Shown: positions 8,033 to 19,200 of the stretch, piece after piece
Layout of the letters: every line of letters begins with the position of its first letter
Position numbering within the stretch: position 1 is the first letter of the stretch
Virus record (IMG/VR): IMGVR_UViG_3300008108_000033
Location: 1-64,000 of that record
Origin: a virus
Length of the DNA stretch: 64,000 nucleotides
Strand: one strand, 5' to 3'
Translations under genes and position numbers: made by a program
The notes under the pieces: generated by a model
Told to the model about the DNA's origin: nothing
The model's database searches: none
The model's input: only the letters and a program-made list of their open reading frames with translations

Positions 8033-9082
8033 ATATTCAACTATTTTATCGGCTGCCTTGCCATCTCCATAAGGGTTTTTGTCTAGTGGAAGTTTCATAG
8101 AGCTATAAAGTTTGCTATCATTCCAAAGTTTATTAAATGTAGAACAAATAAGAGTTACGTCTGTACCAACTAATTTCCCTGCGCCCAAAGTTATAACTTC
8201 ATTTCTCTCAGTGGTATTTCTAAGAACCAAAACTGGCTTTTGAAGCGTTACACATTCTTCTTGTATTCCTCCCGAATCAGTAATTACCAGCCAAGACTGA
8301 TTTATTTTCTCAAGCATTTCACCGTAGTCAAGCGGCTCGCACAATGTTATGTTTTTAGATACTATTTCCTGATTTATTGTTTTTTTAAGCTCTGGATTAG
8401 GATGCACTGGAAATATAATCTCGATTTCGGCGTGACTCTCGCCTATCATGTTCAAAGACTTGCAAATATTTTTAATTCCTTCTCCCCAATTTTCTCTCCT
8501 ATGTGCTGTAACGATAACCGTTCTCTTTTTATGTTGCGTCAAGTTAGAAAACTTGGATTTTGCATACAAAGTTGAGTCAACTATAGTGTTGCCAGTAACC
8601 AAGATTTTGTTTGCTGGTATTCCTTCCTTGATGAGGTTATTTTTGGCTACTTCAGTTGGAGCAAAATTCATGCATGTCAATCTTGCAATTAATTCTCTGT
8701 TTTTTTCTTCCGGAAACGGTTCTTCTTGGTAAGTTCTCAGTCCAGATTCTACATGGAAGACATTCTTTTTGTTGTAGTACGCAAACAGTGCGGCACAAAG
8801 AGCGGTAGTTGTATCTCCATGCACTATTATGTTTTTAGAGGATTTGAAAATAGCCGACTCGTCAAATTTTGCCAAGATTGAACTTGTTAATTCGGACAGG
8901 CTGTTAGATTTTCTATCTAATCTCAAAAATTCGTCTGGTGTAATATCAAAAAAGCGGTATGTATCACTATTGTGTTGGCCGGAATGTATCCAACAAGGTT
9001 TCAGATCCTTATTCTTAAGTTCAAAATACACCGGAGCCAGTTTGATAATTTCCGGTCTGGTCCCGGCAACTATTGTGAACAT
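8003..9082 (-). CDS. wecB: UDP-N-acetylglucosamine 2-epimerase (non-hydrolysing)
   Basis: GTRPEIIK, GQH, HGDTTT, HVESGLR, PFPEE, HRREN, TDSGGIQEE, NPYGDG. Confidence 0.95.
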   Translation of the reverse strand: MFTIVAGTRPEIIKLAPVYFELKNKDLKPCWIHSGQHNSDTYRFFDITPDEFLRLDRKSNSLSELTSSILAKFDESAIFKSSKNIIVHGDTTTALCAALFAYYNKKNVFHVESGLRTYQEEPFPEEKNRELIARLTCMNFAPTEVAKNNLIKEGIPANKILVTGNTIVDSTLYAKSKFSNLTQHKKRTVIVTAHRRENWGEGIKNICKSLNMIGESHAEIEIIFPVHPNPELKKTINQEIVSKNITLCEPLDYGEMLEKINQSWLVITDSGGIQEECVTLQKPVLVLRNTTERNEVITLGAGKLVGTDVTLICSTFNKLWNDSKLYSSMKLPLDKNPYGDGKAADKIVEYLNNFCNLNF

Positions 9083-9678
9083 TTTCTGATTACCAAATAT
9101 CCAACATAAAACTCAGTTGGCAGATTTATTACGCGGTCGGGCAATCTCGAATTCCTAGGATTTAGCCTAGTAAGGCAATGTTTGATTTTTTGCCCCAAAT
9201 ACTTCTCTATTTCTGTAAGTTGTAGTCCGGGGTAATCGAAAGTTGCTATAAATACACCATTTTCAGTCAGTTGCTCCAGATGATTTTCAAGAACCTCGAT
9301 ATGGTTATGCCTGACCTCTTCTAAAGTTGAAATATTTAAAACAATATCAAAATGATTCTTCATAGAATCTCTTGGCGGTGTTGTAATATCCCATACTGAG
9401 CAATTATAAAGTGTTGATGGGGTAATATCAGAGTGATATACATTTTTGTATTCTAGGTCTAGGCATGTTTTGAATATTACATGCATATCTCTAAATCCCC
9501 AAGAACAATTATGTATTTTTGGGTTTTTGATACCAGAATTTTTGATTTCATCCAAAACAAAAGGATATTCGTATATGCGGGACCAGCATATTTCATGCTG
9601 AAATAGCATATTTGTTGGATCTTCATTCGAAAAGAACGCGAATTTTTCTATTTTAAAATTTTCTTTTAACTTCTTCAT
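9070..9678 (-). CDS. SAM-dependent methyltransferase-like protein
   Basis: SRIYEYP...FDIVLNISTLEEV...GVFIATFD. Confidence 0.6.
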   Translation of the reverse strand: MKKLKENFKIEKFAFFSNEDPTNMLFQHEICWSRIYEYPFVLDEIKNSGIKNPKIHNCSWGFRDMHVIFKTCLDLEYKNVYHSDITPSTLYNCSVWDITTPPRDSMKNHFDIVLNISTLEEVRHNHIEVLENHLEQLTENGVFIATFDYPGLQLTEIEKYLGQKIKHCLTRLNPRNSRLPDRVINLPTEFYVGYLVIRKCSQ

Positions 9679-10306
9679 TGTTTGGTATCCACAATCCAGA
9701 GAAATGGTGAAAAGCTACCGGATTAACATCGGTTTTTGTAGCGCAGAAAACATTGCTTGGGTATAGAGTTAAATCAAAACCTTCATGGTACTGATATGTG
9801 TTGTTATTAAATATATTATTCGCAAACAGCATATTTGAAATCCATTCGGTGTTTGGAATGTGGCATATTTGTTTTGGGTCTAGCTGTTCGTACGCCGAAA
9901 TTAGCAGTTGAGTAAATTTGTGATTTGGTTGCGCGGCCATGACTGCAGTTATTGGCATAAATCTGCCAAAGAAATTCTCAAAGCCGGAAACCCAGCCGTG
10001 CTTCAGATATTCATCGGGAGCCCTGACAAATTCATTGTCAGTGTCAAAACACCATCCGCCTTCTTTTTCTAAAACCAAGAGTTTGGCCAAGTCGGATAGC
10101 TGCGCATATATTTTGTTGCTTAGTGCGTAATCAACGAATTTGTCTAATGTTGGTCTTTTTGCAACTAGACTCTTGAAATCTTTTTCGTCCCATATTTTGA
10201 ATTGGTAATTATTTAAAACTTTTTTATTTTGTTCTAAACAATATGATTCCTTTGGTGGCATTTGCTTGCCACCAAACCAAAATATATTAGCTTTTTTAGG
10301 AATCAT
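9653..10306 (-). CDS. Glycosyltransferase family 32 (Och1/capsular synthesis-like, DxD)
   Basis: MIPKK..IFWFGG...SDLAKL...EGGWCFDTD...HHFSGLW. Confidence 0.85.
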   Translation of the reverse strand: MIPKKANIFWFGGKQMPPKESYCLEQNKKVLNNYQFKIWDEKDFKSLVAKRPTLDKFVDYALSNKIYAQLSDLAKLLVLEKEGGWCFDTDNEFVRAPDEYLKHGWVSGFENFFGRFMPITAVMAAQPNHKFTQLLISAYEQLDPKQICHIPNTEWISNMLFANNIFNNNTYQYHEGFDLTLYPSNVFCATKTDVNPVAFHHFSGLWIPNNEEVKRKF

Positions 10307-10312
10307 TATTTG

Positions 10313-10336
10313 GCCTCTTGTACAATTATAAGAGGC
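10313..10336 (-). promoter_or_regulatory. Hairpin containing TATAAT (10325-10330) and pairing the SD AGAGG of the GT32 gene
   Basis: Minus strand gcctcttata-attg-tacaagaggc, 9 of 10 pairs. Confidence 0.6.
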
Positions 10337-10343
10337 TTAAAGT

Positions 10344-10943
10344 TTATTTTTTGATTTTGATTTTTAAATCTTCACATCGAAGCATTTCTATCTCTGCGCC
10401 GTAATGGGGATGATATTCGTATATTTTACCAGAAGGGGTTTTGACCTTTATATTGTTGCCACTTCTTTTAATCGATTCAACTAGTATTTTTCTTGTTGTT
10501 CCATTTGCAATCAACTGTCTTTTTTCGTTGATGCTACCAGAACCTAGGAAATAGTTGCTTTCAGCGGCTTGCAGTCCGCCCATAAGCTTGCTCATATCAA
10601 ATCCAGCCGAATGTTTTTGCATAGGTGCAACTATTTCGATGTCAACATTTTCTTCTGGAGAATGTGGTTCTCCGCCGCCGCAACCACAGCCAGCGTGATC
10701 TTGGTCATACATAAGAGCGTCTCTTACGCTGGCCAAGGCATTTTTCGCTGTGCTGATTTTATCTTCGATCCAGCTTTCAATATCGTCATGTTCGTCAATA
10801 AGAGGAATGATTTCATCTAAGGCGTGTTTAATAGCATGTAGGTTTCTGGCAACCATGTAGCTGCCTTCTTTTTCGCCCTCTGTATGACCGCATTCTTTAT
10901 ATTTTTTCATAACTTTACGGCAAAGCCGCCCCATAATATACAA
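10344..10943 (-). CDS. Hypothetical late protein
   Basis: 199-aa ORF; TATATA upstream; start uncertain (TTG 10943 or ATG 10934). Confidence 0.75.
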   Translation of the reverse strand: MYIMGRLCRKVMKKYKECGHTEGEKEGSYMVARNLHAIKHALDEIIPLIDEHDDIESWIEDKISTAKNALASVRDALMYDQDHAGCGCGGGEPHSPEENVDIEIVAPMQKHSAGFDMSKLMGGLQAAESNYFLGSGSINEKRQLIANGTTRKILVESIKRSGNNIKVKTPSGKIYEYHPHYGAEIEMLRCEDLKIKIKK

Positions 10944-10961
10944 AATTATATATCACAAGGT

Positions 10962-11606
10962 TTACTTTTTCTTAACTTCTATTTCCTTGCCGTTGAGAGT
11001 GAAAGACTGGGAAAGTCTAACGCTTGTAATAAGTTGCGGCACACCTATGTGATTACATATGTTGTGTTTTTTAGCTGTTCTTGCATTCATAAAAATATCT
11101 GCATGGTTATGTTTGTGGAGCATTTCTAGGAAATAGTCTTCCTTTTTGCCTATGTTTTTTGCTGCCAGTTTAAAAATCAAATTATTTAATCTGTCTGTTT
11201 CATGCGCGTCTGATTTGATTTCTTCTACTTTTCCAAAGTTAAACGAGCTTACCTCGTGTATCATCAATGTTGCGTGCTCAGACATGAATCTGAGGTTTTC
11301 GTGCCCAAACATGAATAGCATAGCTCCGCAGCTCATTGCTTTGCCGTTGCAAATTGTTGCAATAGGCACCGGACTGCTTTGAAATAACGATATTAGTTCC
11401 AGCAAAGTGTAAACTTCACCGCCATATGAATCGATAACAACAGGAATTACTTTTGGATTAGAACTTAGAGCTTTATTAAATTCTTCATTGAAGTGTTCGA
11501 GCATTTCCGTATCAAATGCCTTGCTTAATCTAATTAAGGGCACTTCAATCCCCAAATCTGAAAGCTTGCAGCGAATATTCTTGTCTATGTCAACATAATT
11601 TTTCAT
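10962..11606 (-). CDS. clpP: ClpP-family serine protease
   Basis: IDSYGGEV, GKAMSCG (catalytic Ser), LMIHE (His). Confidence 0.9.
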   Translation of the reverse strand: MKNYVDIDKNIRCKLSDLGIEVPLIRLSKAFDTEMLEHFNEEFNKALSSNPKVIPVVIDSYGGEVYTLLELISLFQSSPVPIATICNGKAMSCGAMLFMFGHENLRFMSEHATLMIHEVSSFNFGKVEEIKSDAHETDRLNNLIFKLAAKNIGKKEDYFLEMLHKHNHADIFMNARTAKKHNICNHIGVPQLITSVRLSQSFTLNGKEIEVKKK

Positions 11607-11612
11607 GATTTT

Positions 11613-11632
11613 CTCCTATAGAATTATAGGAG
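11613..11632 (-). promoter_or_regulatory. Perfect 8-bp hairpin containing TATAAT (11623-11628) and pairing the SD AGGAG of clpP
   Basis: Minus strand ctcctata-attc-tataggag-aaaatc-ATG. Confidence 0.65.
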
Positions 11633-11642
11633 TTAACATTTA

Positions 11643-12950
11643 TTAAACCATGTTTTTATCAATTACTTGATGAAAAGCATTCGGCGATCCGAGCAAATCT
11701 AAAAATTGTCTAATAATGTTTTTGCCCATGTTAATAGGTTTGCTGAAAAGGTCATCTATTACGTGCTGGTTTTTATTGCCAGACCTTACTAATCTTCCAA
11801 GTCTCAACAAGAATTGTACGTTTTCAGCATCCAAATGTGAAAAGCCAAGTGTCTTCAAAACTTTTTCTACTTCGAATGGGTCGTTGCCCATAAGTGTCAT
11901 GGCTGTGGCTATGATTCTATTATTAGGAACTTTGGTACAGTCTACTTTATCACACATGTCATGAAATTCCATGCGCGGGAATATTTTGCCCAATAACTTA
12001 GCTTTTTTGAGGTTATTTATATATTTTGCAACTGGAACCTCTGGATTTTCAATTGCAGCCACGAACATTTTTTTCAGTATTTTGTCGTCATAGTCGTCGT
12101 GTTGGAATTCCAAAATTTCATCCAATAAATCTTTGCTTAAGTTGCCATTTTTGGCAAATCTGGCTGATACGCTGCAAAGGTTGAATGGCAAGTATGGATT
12201 TCTGCCGAACGCAAGTTGTGGCTTCCTAATAAGTTGCACAATACCTGATTTCAAGTCGTGCATTCCACCTTGTGGATCTATTAGCTCTCCGTTTTCACCA
12301 TCAGCATCTTTCAATTTCAAATACATGGCATTAATAGTAATGTCGCGGGTTGCCGCATCTTGAACGATACTGGTAGTGAACTTTGCCTTGAGTGGAACTA
12401 ATCCTCTATATTTTTCGTGTATGCAAAATGGAGAAATGTAAAGTTTCTGTCCATCTACTACTGCGGTGACTTCTATTTCTATACCAGATTTATCCCATCT
12501 GCTTGCATAAAAATAGTTTTTATTACCAGCGCTTTCTGGTAAATCTTTGTATTTGCCTAATAACTCAAGGTCATGTGTTTTCGGCTTGACTTCTTTGAAA
12601 TGTGCCGGTGAATCTTTGAGTATTTTTTTTGTTTCATCCGGCGAGGCATCTGTTACTAGGTCGTAGTGATGAAAAGGTTGATTTGCTAAATGATCTCTTA
12701 AACTTGCCCCACATAAATAAATCGTTTTCTTTTTCATAGTAGGCTGGACTACGCCTTTGTTTTTTTCAATCGTTGTATATCCAAGGGGTACTTCTGCGGA
12801 ATTTTCAAATGCTTCTATAACTTTTTGTAGTGCTGGATGGGATTTTGCAGAGACCAACAATGGCCCGAATTCGCCATCAGCGTCTCTTTCTTTAAGCCTA
12901 AATTTGGCTATCATAGGGAAATTTTTATCGTCCATTCTTTTATCCACCAA
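11643..12950 (-). CDS. CCA-adding enzyme/poly(A) polymerase-family protein with degenerate active site
   Basis: LCGASLRDHL...HYDLVTDASP, RDITINAMY, IDPQGGMHDL. Confidence 0.85.
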   Translation of the reverse strand: MVDKRMDDKNFPMIAKFRLKERDADGEFGPLLVSAKSHPALQKVIEAFENSAEVPLGYTTIEKNKGVVQPTMKKKTIYLCGASLRDHLANQPFHHYDLVTDASPDETKKILKDSPAHFKEVKPKTHDLELLGKYKDLPESAGNKNYFYASRWDKSGIEIEVTAVVDGQKLYISPFCIHEKYRGLVPLKAKFTTSIVQDAATRDITINAMYLKLKDADGENGELIDPQGGMHDLKSGIVQLIRKPQLAFGRNPYLPFNLCSVSARFAKNGNLSKDLLDEILEFQHDDYDDKILKKMFVAAIENPEVPVAKYINNLKKAKLLGKIFPRMEFHDMCDKVDCTKVPNNRIIATAMTLMGNDPFEVEKVLKTLGFSHLDAENVQFLLRLGRLVRSGNKNQHVIDDLFSKPINMGKNIIRQFLDLLGSPNAFHQVIDKNMV

Positions 12951-13368
12951 TTAACATTTTGGAAATATAAGCAACAAGCAATGGCGCAATAATTGATGCC
13001 ATTACAAAAATTACTATATTTATATAGGTCTGAATCCTTTCTATTTTACTCTCCAATTTTTCAAAATTTGTTTTCATGGTGGCTTGTTCTTCTTGAGAAT
13101 TATCAAATTCCTCTTTGCAAGTATTCATGTCTCTCTCCATGATGATGATTTTTTGCAAAGAATTGTCTATTTTTGTGATAACGCTGTTTATGTCTTTGGC
13201 TTCTACATGAGTGAGCCTTGCGGCAAGCTCTGTATATGCCTTAGAAAGCGCTTCAAAACGTTCAGAGAGCTTGTCTTGCCCATCAGACAGATTGTCTGTG
13301 TGTGAGTCTAGTTTTTCAACTAACTGTTTGAGCAATTCTTCAGTAATATTTGGTTGTCTAGGTGCCAT
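12940..13368 (-). CDS. Coiled-coil protein with C-terminal TM helix (possibly holin-like)
   Basis: Heptad pattern then INIVIFVMASIIAPLLVAYI; TATAAATA 5 nt before ATG. Confidence 0.7.
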   Translation of the reverse strand: MAPRQPNITEELLKQLVEKLDSHTDNLSDGQDKLSERFEALSKAYTELAARLTHVEAKDINSVITKIDNSLQKIIIMERDMNTCKEEFDNSQEEQATMKTNFEKLESKIERIQTYINIVIFVMASIIAPLLVAYISKMLIGG

Positions 13369-13373
13369 CTAAC

Positions 13374-13381
13374 TATTTATA
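13374..13381 (-). promoter_or_regulatory. T4-like late promoter TATAAATA
   Basis: Exact consensus 5 nt before ATG 13368. Confidence 0.65.
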
Positions 13382-13487
13382 TAAAAATATATTATTATTA
13401 ATTGAAAATGTAGTATATTTGGCACGATTATTTTGGCGCAAATTTAATAAATAAAGTAGGATTTTTTTACAGGTGCTAATTTAATAT

Positions 13488-13919
13488 ATGAGTAAAAAAC
13501 CAGTTATACCTGTTCCGGAGATGAACGTAGCTGTTCCTGCGCCCGGGCATTTGACAAGCATCACCGACCAAGACCTTCAGTCAATATACTCTGAAATTTT
13601 GGACGATTTAAGGAGTGATAGGCGGGAAATAGATATTCTACTGAATAATTTCGTTGAAATGGTAATGAACGAGGGCGATGGAAGCAGTTCTTCCAAGGAA
13701 GCAGTAGTTAATTTAGTAAAGATTAAAAACGATGTGGCCGACAAGAAAGCCAAAATAGCGGATTTGATGACCAGCTTGGTTATAAAAGAAAAAAATATCA
13801 ACAAATTGACAGCTAATCAGACTAATCACATACATATTACTGACAAGAGAGCAATTCTTGAGTCCCTTAAAAAAGCAAAAAAGGTGGAAAATGACAAGCA
13901 ATTGGGCGACAATAAATGA
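13488..13919 (+). CDS. Hypothetical helical protein
   Basis: 143-aa ORF heading the + strand block. Confidence 0.8.
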   Translation: MSKKPVIPVPEMNVAVPAPGHLTSITDQDLQSIYSEILDDLRSDRREIDILLNNFVEMVMNEGDGSSSSKEAVVNLVKIKNDVADKKAKIADLMTSLVIKEKNINKLTANQTNHIHITDKRAILESLKKAKKVENDKQLGDNK

Positions 13920-15231
13920 TTGGCTAGTTAAGGAAGATAATGGTGGCGTTGATGTATTGGCGTCCGCACTAGATGGATCAGCTGGAGGCGGTTCAGGCAT
14001 GCCTCCTCAAGATGCTCAGAATCCGGGTCGCGACGGCGCTGGCGCTCCTAGTCCGCCCCTAGAGAAAAACAATCTTGGCAATCCTATGGAAAAGCCAGTG
14101 GAACCGGGTGGAACCGGACCACAAATGGCAGAACCTATTGCGCCTGATATGCCAGAAAAAGAAGAAGTTAAAGACGCAAATTTTGAAATGTGGAAGTCGA
14201 AGTTCTTCAAAGACAGCGTTAAAGGCGACGTTAATCAACTTCTAGAATCATGCATGAGTATCAGAAGCAAGGATTTAGATACCTATCCCCGAAAATTTAT
14301 TGAGGACAATATTCAGATACTTTTCTTGCGCCAAAACGCAAATATAGACAAGGCTTCACAGGCAATACGCAAGTTTATTAGAGAAAACTTAGATCACAAC
14401 AATCCGGCAAGCAGCTTAATACAGGGAACTGTAAGTACAATTCAGCCCATGCCCGAATTGTGCAATATTTTTATCAAGATGATTGGGCTGTATAGCAATA
14501 AATCGGATATGCACAGAAAATACGTTGCTTCATTATTGGGAGCAGTACAAGTTGGCTCTGGTGGTTCTAACGAAGATTTGATTTTTAACCAAAGAGAATA
14601 CAGCATAAGAATTTCTACAAGAATGAATTCCAAGTTTGGCATGCTTGACTTGGGTAAATGGTACATGGACGCGAATGATCCAGAAAAATACTTGTCTGAG
14701 TCTGAAATGGACATGATGGAGAATGGCAGCCCAGAAGAAAAGTCTGTTTTACGCAAAAGAGTTATCCTAGAAAGTATCGCCGATAACTTTAGAATGCGTT
14801 CTTTCTTTATGAACGTAGTCGAACTAAACGGAACTAATTATTTCATTGGCGCTGATTTTGCAAATGCATTGAGAGATGGTTATACAGAGGGAAAACTAGT
14901 AGTTAAAAATTTGGTTAATGATTTTTCCGAAAGCTTTTTTGACAGCGAAGGAAATATGGTAACTCTGCCCGACATAAAGATTATGTATAACACGAATACT
15001 GGCAAAATTAACAACGAGGGAGAGCCAATAATGATCGAAAACGAGTTTATTACTCGTAGGGATGGCATGTTGTTCCTGACTGCTAGTTTAGAAGTATTAA
15101 AAGAGGCCGCAACATCATTTCAGGGTCTTATTGTAAAGGAAATACCTTTTGTGGGCAATCCGACCGATATAAACACTTTGATTCATTGTGTTCCTTCGGC
15201 CCCAGAGATTCTTCTAAGAAATTGTGCATAA
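13891..15231 (+). CDS. Hypothetical, probably virion-associated protein
   Basis: ATG 13891 after AAGGTGG; Pro/Gly-rich N-terminus, INDWLVKE. Confidence 0.8.
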   Translation: MTSNWATINDWLVKEDNGGVDVLASALDGSAGGGSGMPPQDAQNPGRDGAGAPSPPLEKNNLGNPMEKPVEPGGTGPQMAEPIAPDMPEKEEVKDANFEMWKSKFFKDSVKGDVNQLLESCMSIRSKDLDTYPRKFIEDNIQILFLRQNANIDKASQAIRKFIRENLDHNNPASSLIQGTVSTIQPMPELCNIFIKMIGLYSNKSDMHRKYVASLLGAVQVGSGGSNEDLIFNQREYSIRISTRMNSKFGMLDLGKWYMDANDPEKYLSESEMDMMENGSPEEKSVLRKRVILESIADNFRMRSFFMNVVELNGTNYFIGADFANALRDGYTEGKLVVKNLVNDFSESFFDSEGNMVTLPDIKIMYNTNTGKINNEGEPIMIENEFITRRDGMLFLTASLEVLKEAATSFQGLIVKEIPFVGNPTDINTLIHCVPSAPEILLRNCA

Positions 15232-15245
15232 ACGGTAAATAGAGT

Positions 15246-15770
15246 ATGCAGACTTTCCTTGAATACGCGATTCATCGAGTAAAAACTTTTGAGCCAAAGA
15301 GATTGCACAATCTTTATTTGGCTCTCAAGAAAGGCGGTTTGGCTGTAATCAATAGAATTCACCAGCAAAACGACCCACATCTTTGGGTGCAAGCTCATCC
15401 GCAGCCGGAAGAATATAGAGGAGTAAGAGTTTACCTACTGGGAAACATTTGCGCCTTTAGAGTTCAGAAGCTTGAAAATACCGAACCATATGGAAAAGCA
15501 TATCTTCTTAATTTGCAAGAAATGTACGATGACATTTTAGAAAACATGGGCGAAAAAGAAGATGATAAAGATCCTTGCAAGGCTGTGGAAATTCTTATCA
15601 AACAAATGAGCGATACAATAAGGAAATTTTATATAGATTCAATTCAGGACGAAGAGGAATTCCTATCTGCTCAGCTAGACGGTCCTTCGCGACAAGATAT
15701 TGGCGGCGCAGCGTTACTACCAGTTTCTGGTATAGATTACTCAAGTACTGTTTACAGCACCAAGAACTAA
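15246..15770 (+). CDS. Hypothetical protein (MQTFLEY..)
   Basis: TAAATA (15236-15241) 4 nt before ATG. Confidence 0.8.
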   Translation: MQTFLEYAIHRVKTFEPKRLHNLYLALKKGGLAVINRIHQQNDPHLWVQAHPQPEEYRGVRVYLLGNICAFRVQKLENTEPYGKAYLLNLQEMYDDILENMGEKEDDKDPCKAVEILIKQMSDTIRKFYIDSIQDEEEFLSAQLDGPSRQDIGGAALLPVSGIDYSSTVYSTKN

Positions 15771-15791
15771 TAATTTTTCCATAAATAATGC

Positions 15792-16295
15792 ATGGCTAAA
15801 AATAAAACAGAGCTTTTTCTGGAAATGGCATTCAATGGTAATCGCGGTTCCAGAAACCTTAGCGGCATTCAAATTCTTGGAAGCATCAAGACGGGAAGTA
15901 TTGTCCAATTCTCATATGATTTCGCAAAACACGATAGAACTCCGCTTGTTATTTTAACAGAGAACTTAGCTGGCGAAATAAAAGGGCTAAATCTTCACTA
16001 CATTCTTCCTGACCCTATATTGCAAATAATTTCTCCCATGGGAATGAACGCATGTAATAATCCAAGATTCTCTTGGCAAAGTGTGAAATATAACCCCTAT
16101 ATAAAGAAAGCATTTAGGATTTATAAAAAAAATGGAATTAAAAATATAAGACTTCTGGACTGTGATTATCTTAAGAGGGTAATAACAGCCTCTAGAAAAC
16201 TTAATTTGCAAGACTTAACAGCGCTACGGTCAGCAATCGATGCGCAGTTGGGTCAAACAAATCAGAATGTTGGAGACTTAACGAATAGAGCATAA
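15792..16295 (+). CDS. T4 gp2-like DNA end protector
   Basis: FSYDFAKHDRTPLVI...KGLNLHYI...KAFRIY; TAAATA 4 nt before ATG. Confidence 0.7.
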   Translation: MAKNKTELFLEMAFNGNRGSRNLSGIQILGSIKTGSIVQFSYDFAKHDRTPLVILTENLAGEIKGLNLHYILPDPILQIISPMGMNACNNPRFSWQSVKYNPYIKKAFRIYKKNGIKNIRLLDCDYLKRVITASRKLNLQDLTALRSAIDAQLGQTNQNVGDLTNRA

Positions 16296-16297
16296 GT

Positions 16298-19200
16298 ATG
16301 GCAGTAGATTTAACAGGCAATGAATATCAAGGCAGTCTAGACGCTTTAAAAGCCGCTATGCTTGGCCTTACTAATACTGCCGAAAAAATAAATAAGATGG
16401 GCAATGGAAATTCTCCAAATTACAAGGCCATGTCAGATGAGTTGAAGAAATTTCCAGAATTCATAAAAGATTTTCAAAAAGTTGCAAACGAATTAAACGC
16501 TGCCGTCGATCAAATTACCAAAAATACAAAAAAAACTGGGGAGCCGAAGAAAACATGGGCTCAAAAAATATATGAGTGCCTTTGCAAAGAAGAAAATATA
16601 AAGAAAAGAAGCAAAGATGCTGCGCAACAAGTAGGCGAAGAATTAAAAAAAACCACATCAGGTGGTGGCGGAGGCGGAGGCGGTGGTAAGAAAAGAAGAT
16701 TTAGAGGTGGTGAAGATGATGATGATGATGATAAACCTTTGGTAGATGTTATAATAAACGGAGTTAAGGCTTTTTATAAAGGTGTAGAAAAAATACGCAA
16801 CAGTGCCGAGCAGGCATTTTTTGGGTTTGATGAAAAAGCAAACCTTATGTCGAAAACTTTTGGTGATTTATTTATAGCAGAGTCGCAATTCAATTTGAAA
16901 ATAAAAGAGACTGCTTTTGAAGTTGAAGGTATTACTGGCGACTTAATCGATATGCAAAAAGAGTATACTAATGTTGGCAAAAGTGTAGAAGAAACCGGAT
17001 TTAATAGAACAAAATACTTGAAAGAATATACGGAAAACTTCCAAAATGGAATACGAGACGCAAAGCAACTTCAAGTTTTAACTAAGCAAACTTTATCAAC
17101 TGAAAGACAACTAGGGCTTGAGGCTGGCAGCTTGGCGGCCGACTTTAGAGCCATGGCAATGTCGGCCAAACTGAATAATGCACAAACTGGCGCTATTGGA
17201 AGAGGAATGGTTGAAGTTGCAAGGAATACCGGGCTTACTTCTAAAAGTATGCAAGAGGCATACAACTTCAGCAAGCCTTTTGTAGAAAATCTTAAAAAAG
17301 CAGCAACTTACAGCAGCAGTTCTGCAACGAATATATTAGAAATAGCGGCTAACGCAAAAAAACTTGGAGTAGAAGAATCTATAACTCCGCTTTTAAATGC
17401 CGCCACTAGTTCAGTAGACTTAATCACAAAAAGCAGCAATGAAACCAAGGCTTTTCTATATAATGCAGCTGGCGCTGTAGGTAAAATACAGCAATTGCAA
17501 CTGGGCATACTAACAAGAAGCAAAAAAGGCATTAGAGAATTAGCTACTGGGATGGAGAAAGTGCTCCAAGGATTCGGAGTGCGCTCTATGGAGGAAATCG
17601 AAAACCTGCCTGATGAAGTTAAGTTTAGACTAAACTTGCAACTAAAGGGCGCGTTCGGAATGGAATTAGGGGAAGTTACAAGAACTATAGAAGCATTCAA
17701 GGAGGCTGGCAAGGGACTTTCAACCAGACTAGATGAACTAAACAATAAAAGAAACAAAGCTATTACCCTTGAACAAAAATTAGCAATAGAAGAAGAAGAG
17801 AGAAGACTTAAGACTTCCGGCACACTGGCTGTTCTTACGGGACTAAGTGAGGCCACCAAAGGTGCTAAAGACATGGATAAAGCGTTTAGCAACTTTACTC
17901 GAAGGCTGCCGGAATTTCAGGAAGATATCAAGGCTTTGGGCGGAGAAATTACTGACTCTCGGGGTGCGGCAAAGTTCTCTATTGAGGCAGCTGTAAAATC
18001 TCTTAATGATGGTCTTACTAAAATAGGAGAAAAGCCGCTTGAATTAAGCCAACTAGATATAGAAAAAGCCTTGAATGATAAAGACTCGTTCGCTGCTTTG
18101 ATGGATGTATTGAATACCGGGCAAAACAAATTGGCCATAGCCCAGAAAGCACAAACCGATCCGGCGCTAAAAACGTCTTTGGAATTGGAAAAATTAAATG
18201 ATAATTTGAGAAATGATGTAACAGCTCCGCTTTTAAATGTTCTAAAAGAACAACTTGGCATGCAGGGTTTTATGGAAGCTTCTCTTGCCTTCATAGCAGC
18301 GGAGATGACTTTTGGTCTCGCTGGTTTAATTGCTTCCAAAATGACTCCACTAGATGATTTGTCGAAAGCTATATTGGGTTTTAGTCCTAAAGATTGGCTT
18401 AAAGGAATTTTTTATGGCAAAGATGACAAGTCAAAAACAAAAAGTAAAAATTCTACTAGCGGCACACCCGAAATAAAATGTCCAGAAATGAATCTTGATT
18501 GGAAGAGTCTTGGAGGATTTCTTAAAAACGCCGCAATAGGAATCATAGGAATAACAGCATTTGTTGGAATGCTGGCTGCGGCTTTGGTAGCGCTTGGATA
18601 CATAGCTAAGGGAGTTTCTAAAGCAGGCATAGATCCAATAGAAGTGGCCAAGCAAGTATCTGGCATTATTTTGGCTGGCGTAATTATTCTCACTGAAGCC
18701 GGCATAGCCGGTGTGCTTTTGAAGAAAGCCATGGACAAATATGGCAAAGCCATAATGTCGCTGTGGTCTGTGGACACTCTTAAATTTGTTGGAATACTGA
18801 CTTTAATGGCAGTTACCCTCACAGCTCTTTCGGCGGGATTGCTGTATGTTGGCAAAGCTATTGCAGAATCTTCAGGCATGTCTGCGCAAGACGCTATAGA
18901 AACCGGAATCAGGATTGGTGCAATTATAACTGCTGGCACAATTATTTTGGGCGTCGTTGGCGCAGCAACTTTCGGCCTTGTCAAGGTCATACCGCCATTT
19001 GTTGCAGCTGTTAAGGCTTTAAGTTCAGTAGGTTGGCTCGGCGCAGGAATTGTTGCCGGTGCTTTAGTGGCGCTCCCAATCATAGCCGCCGGACTACTAT
19101 ATCTGTCAATTAAGCTGCTTCAATTTTGCGATACAGTGCTTAAATCCAATCCAATAGATACAGCGAGTTTGCAAGAGACCGCTAAAACTGTAGCATTTTT

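Noticed and set aside
15246-16297. Tail-assembly-chaperone frameshift pair before the tape measure
   Set aside because: The preceding gene is gp2-like with its own promoter box, and no overlapping extension frame was evident
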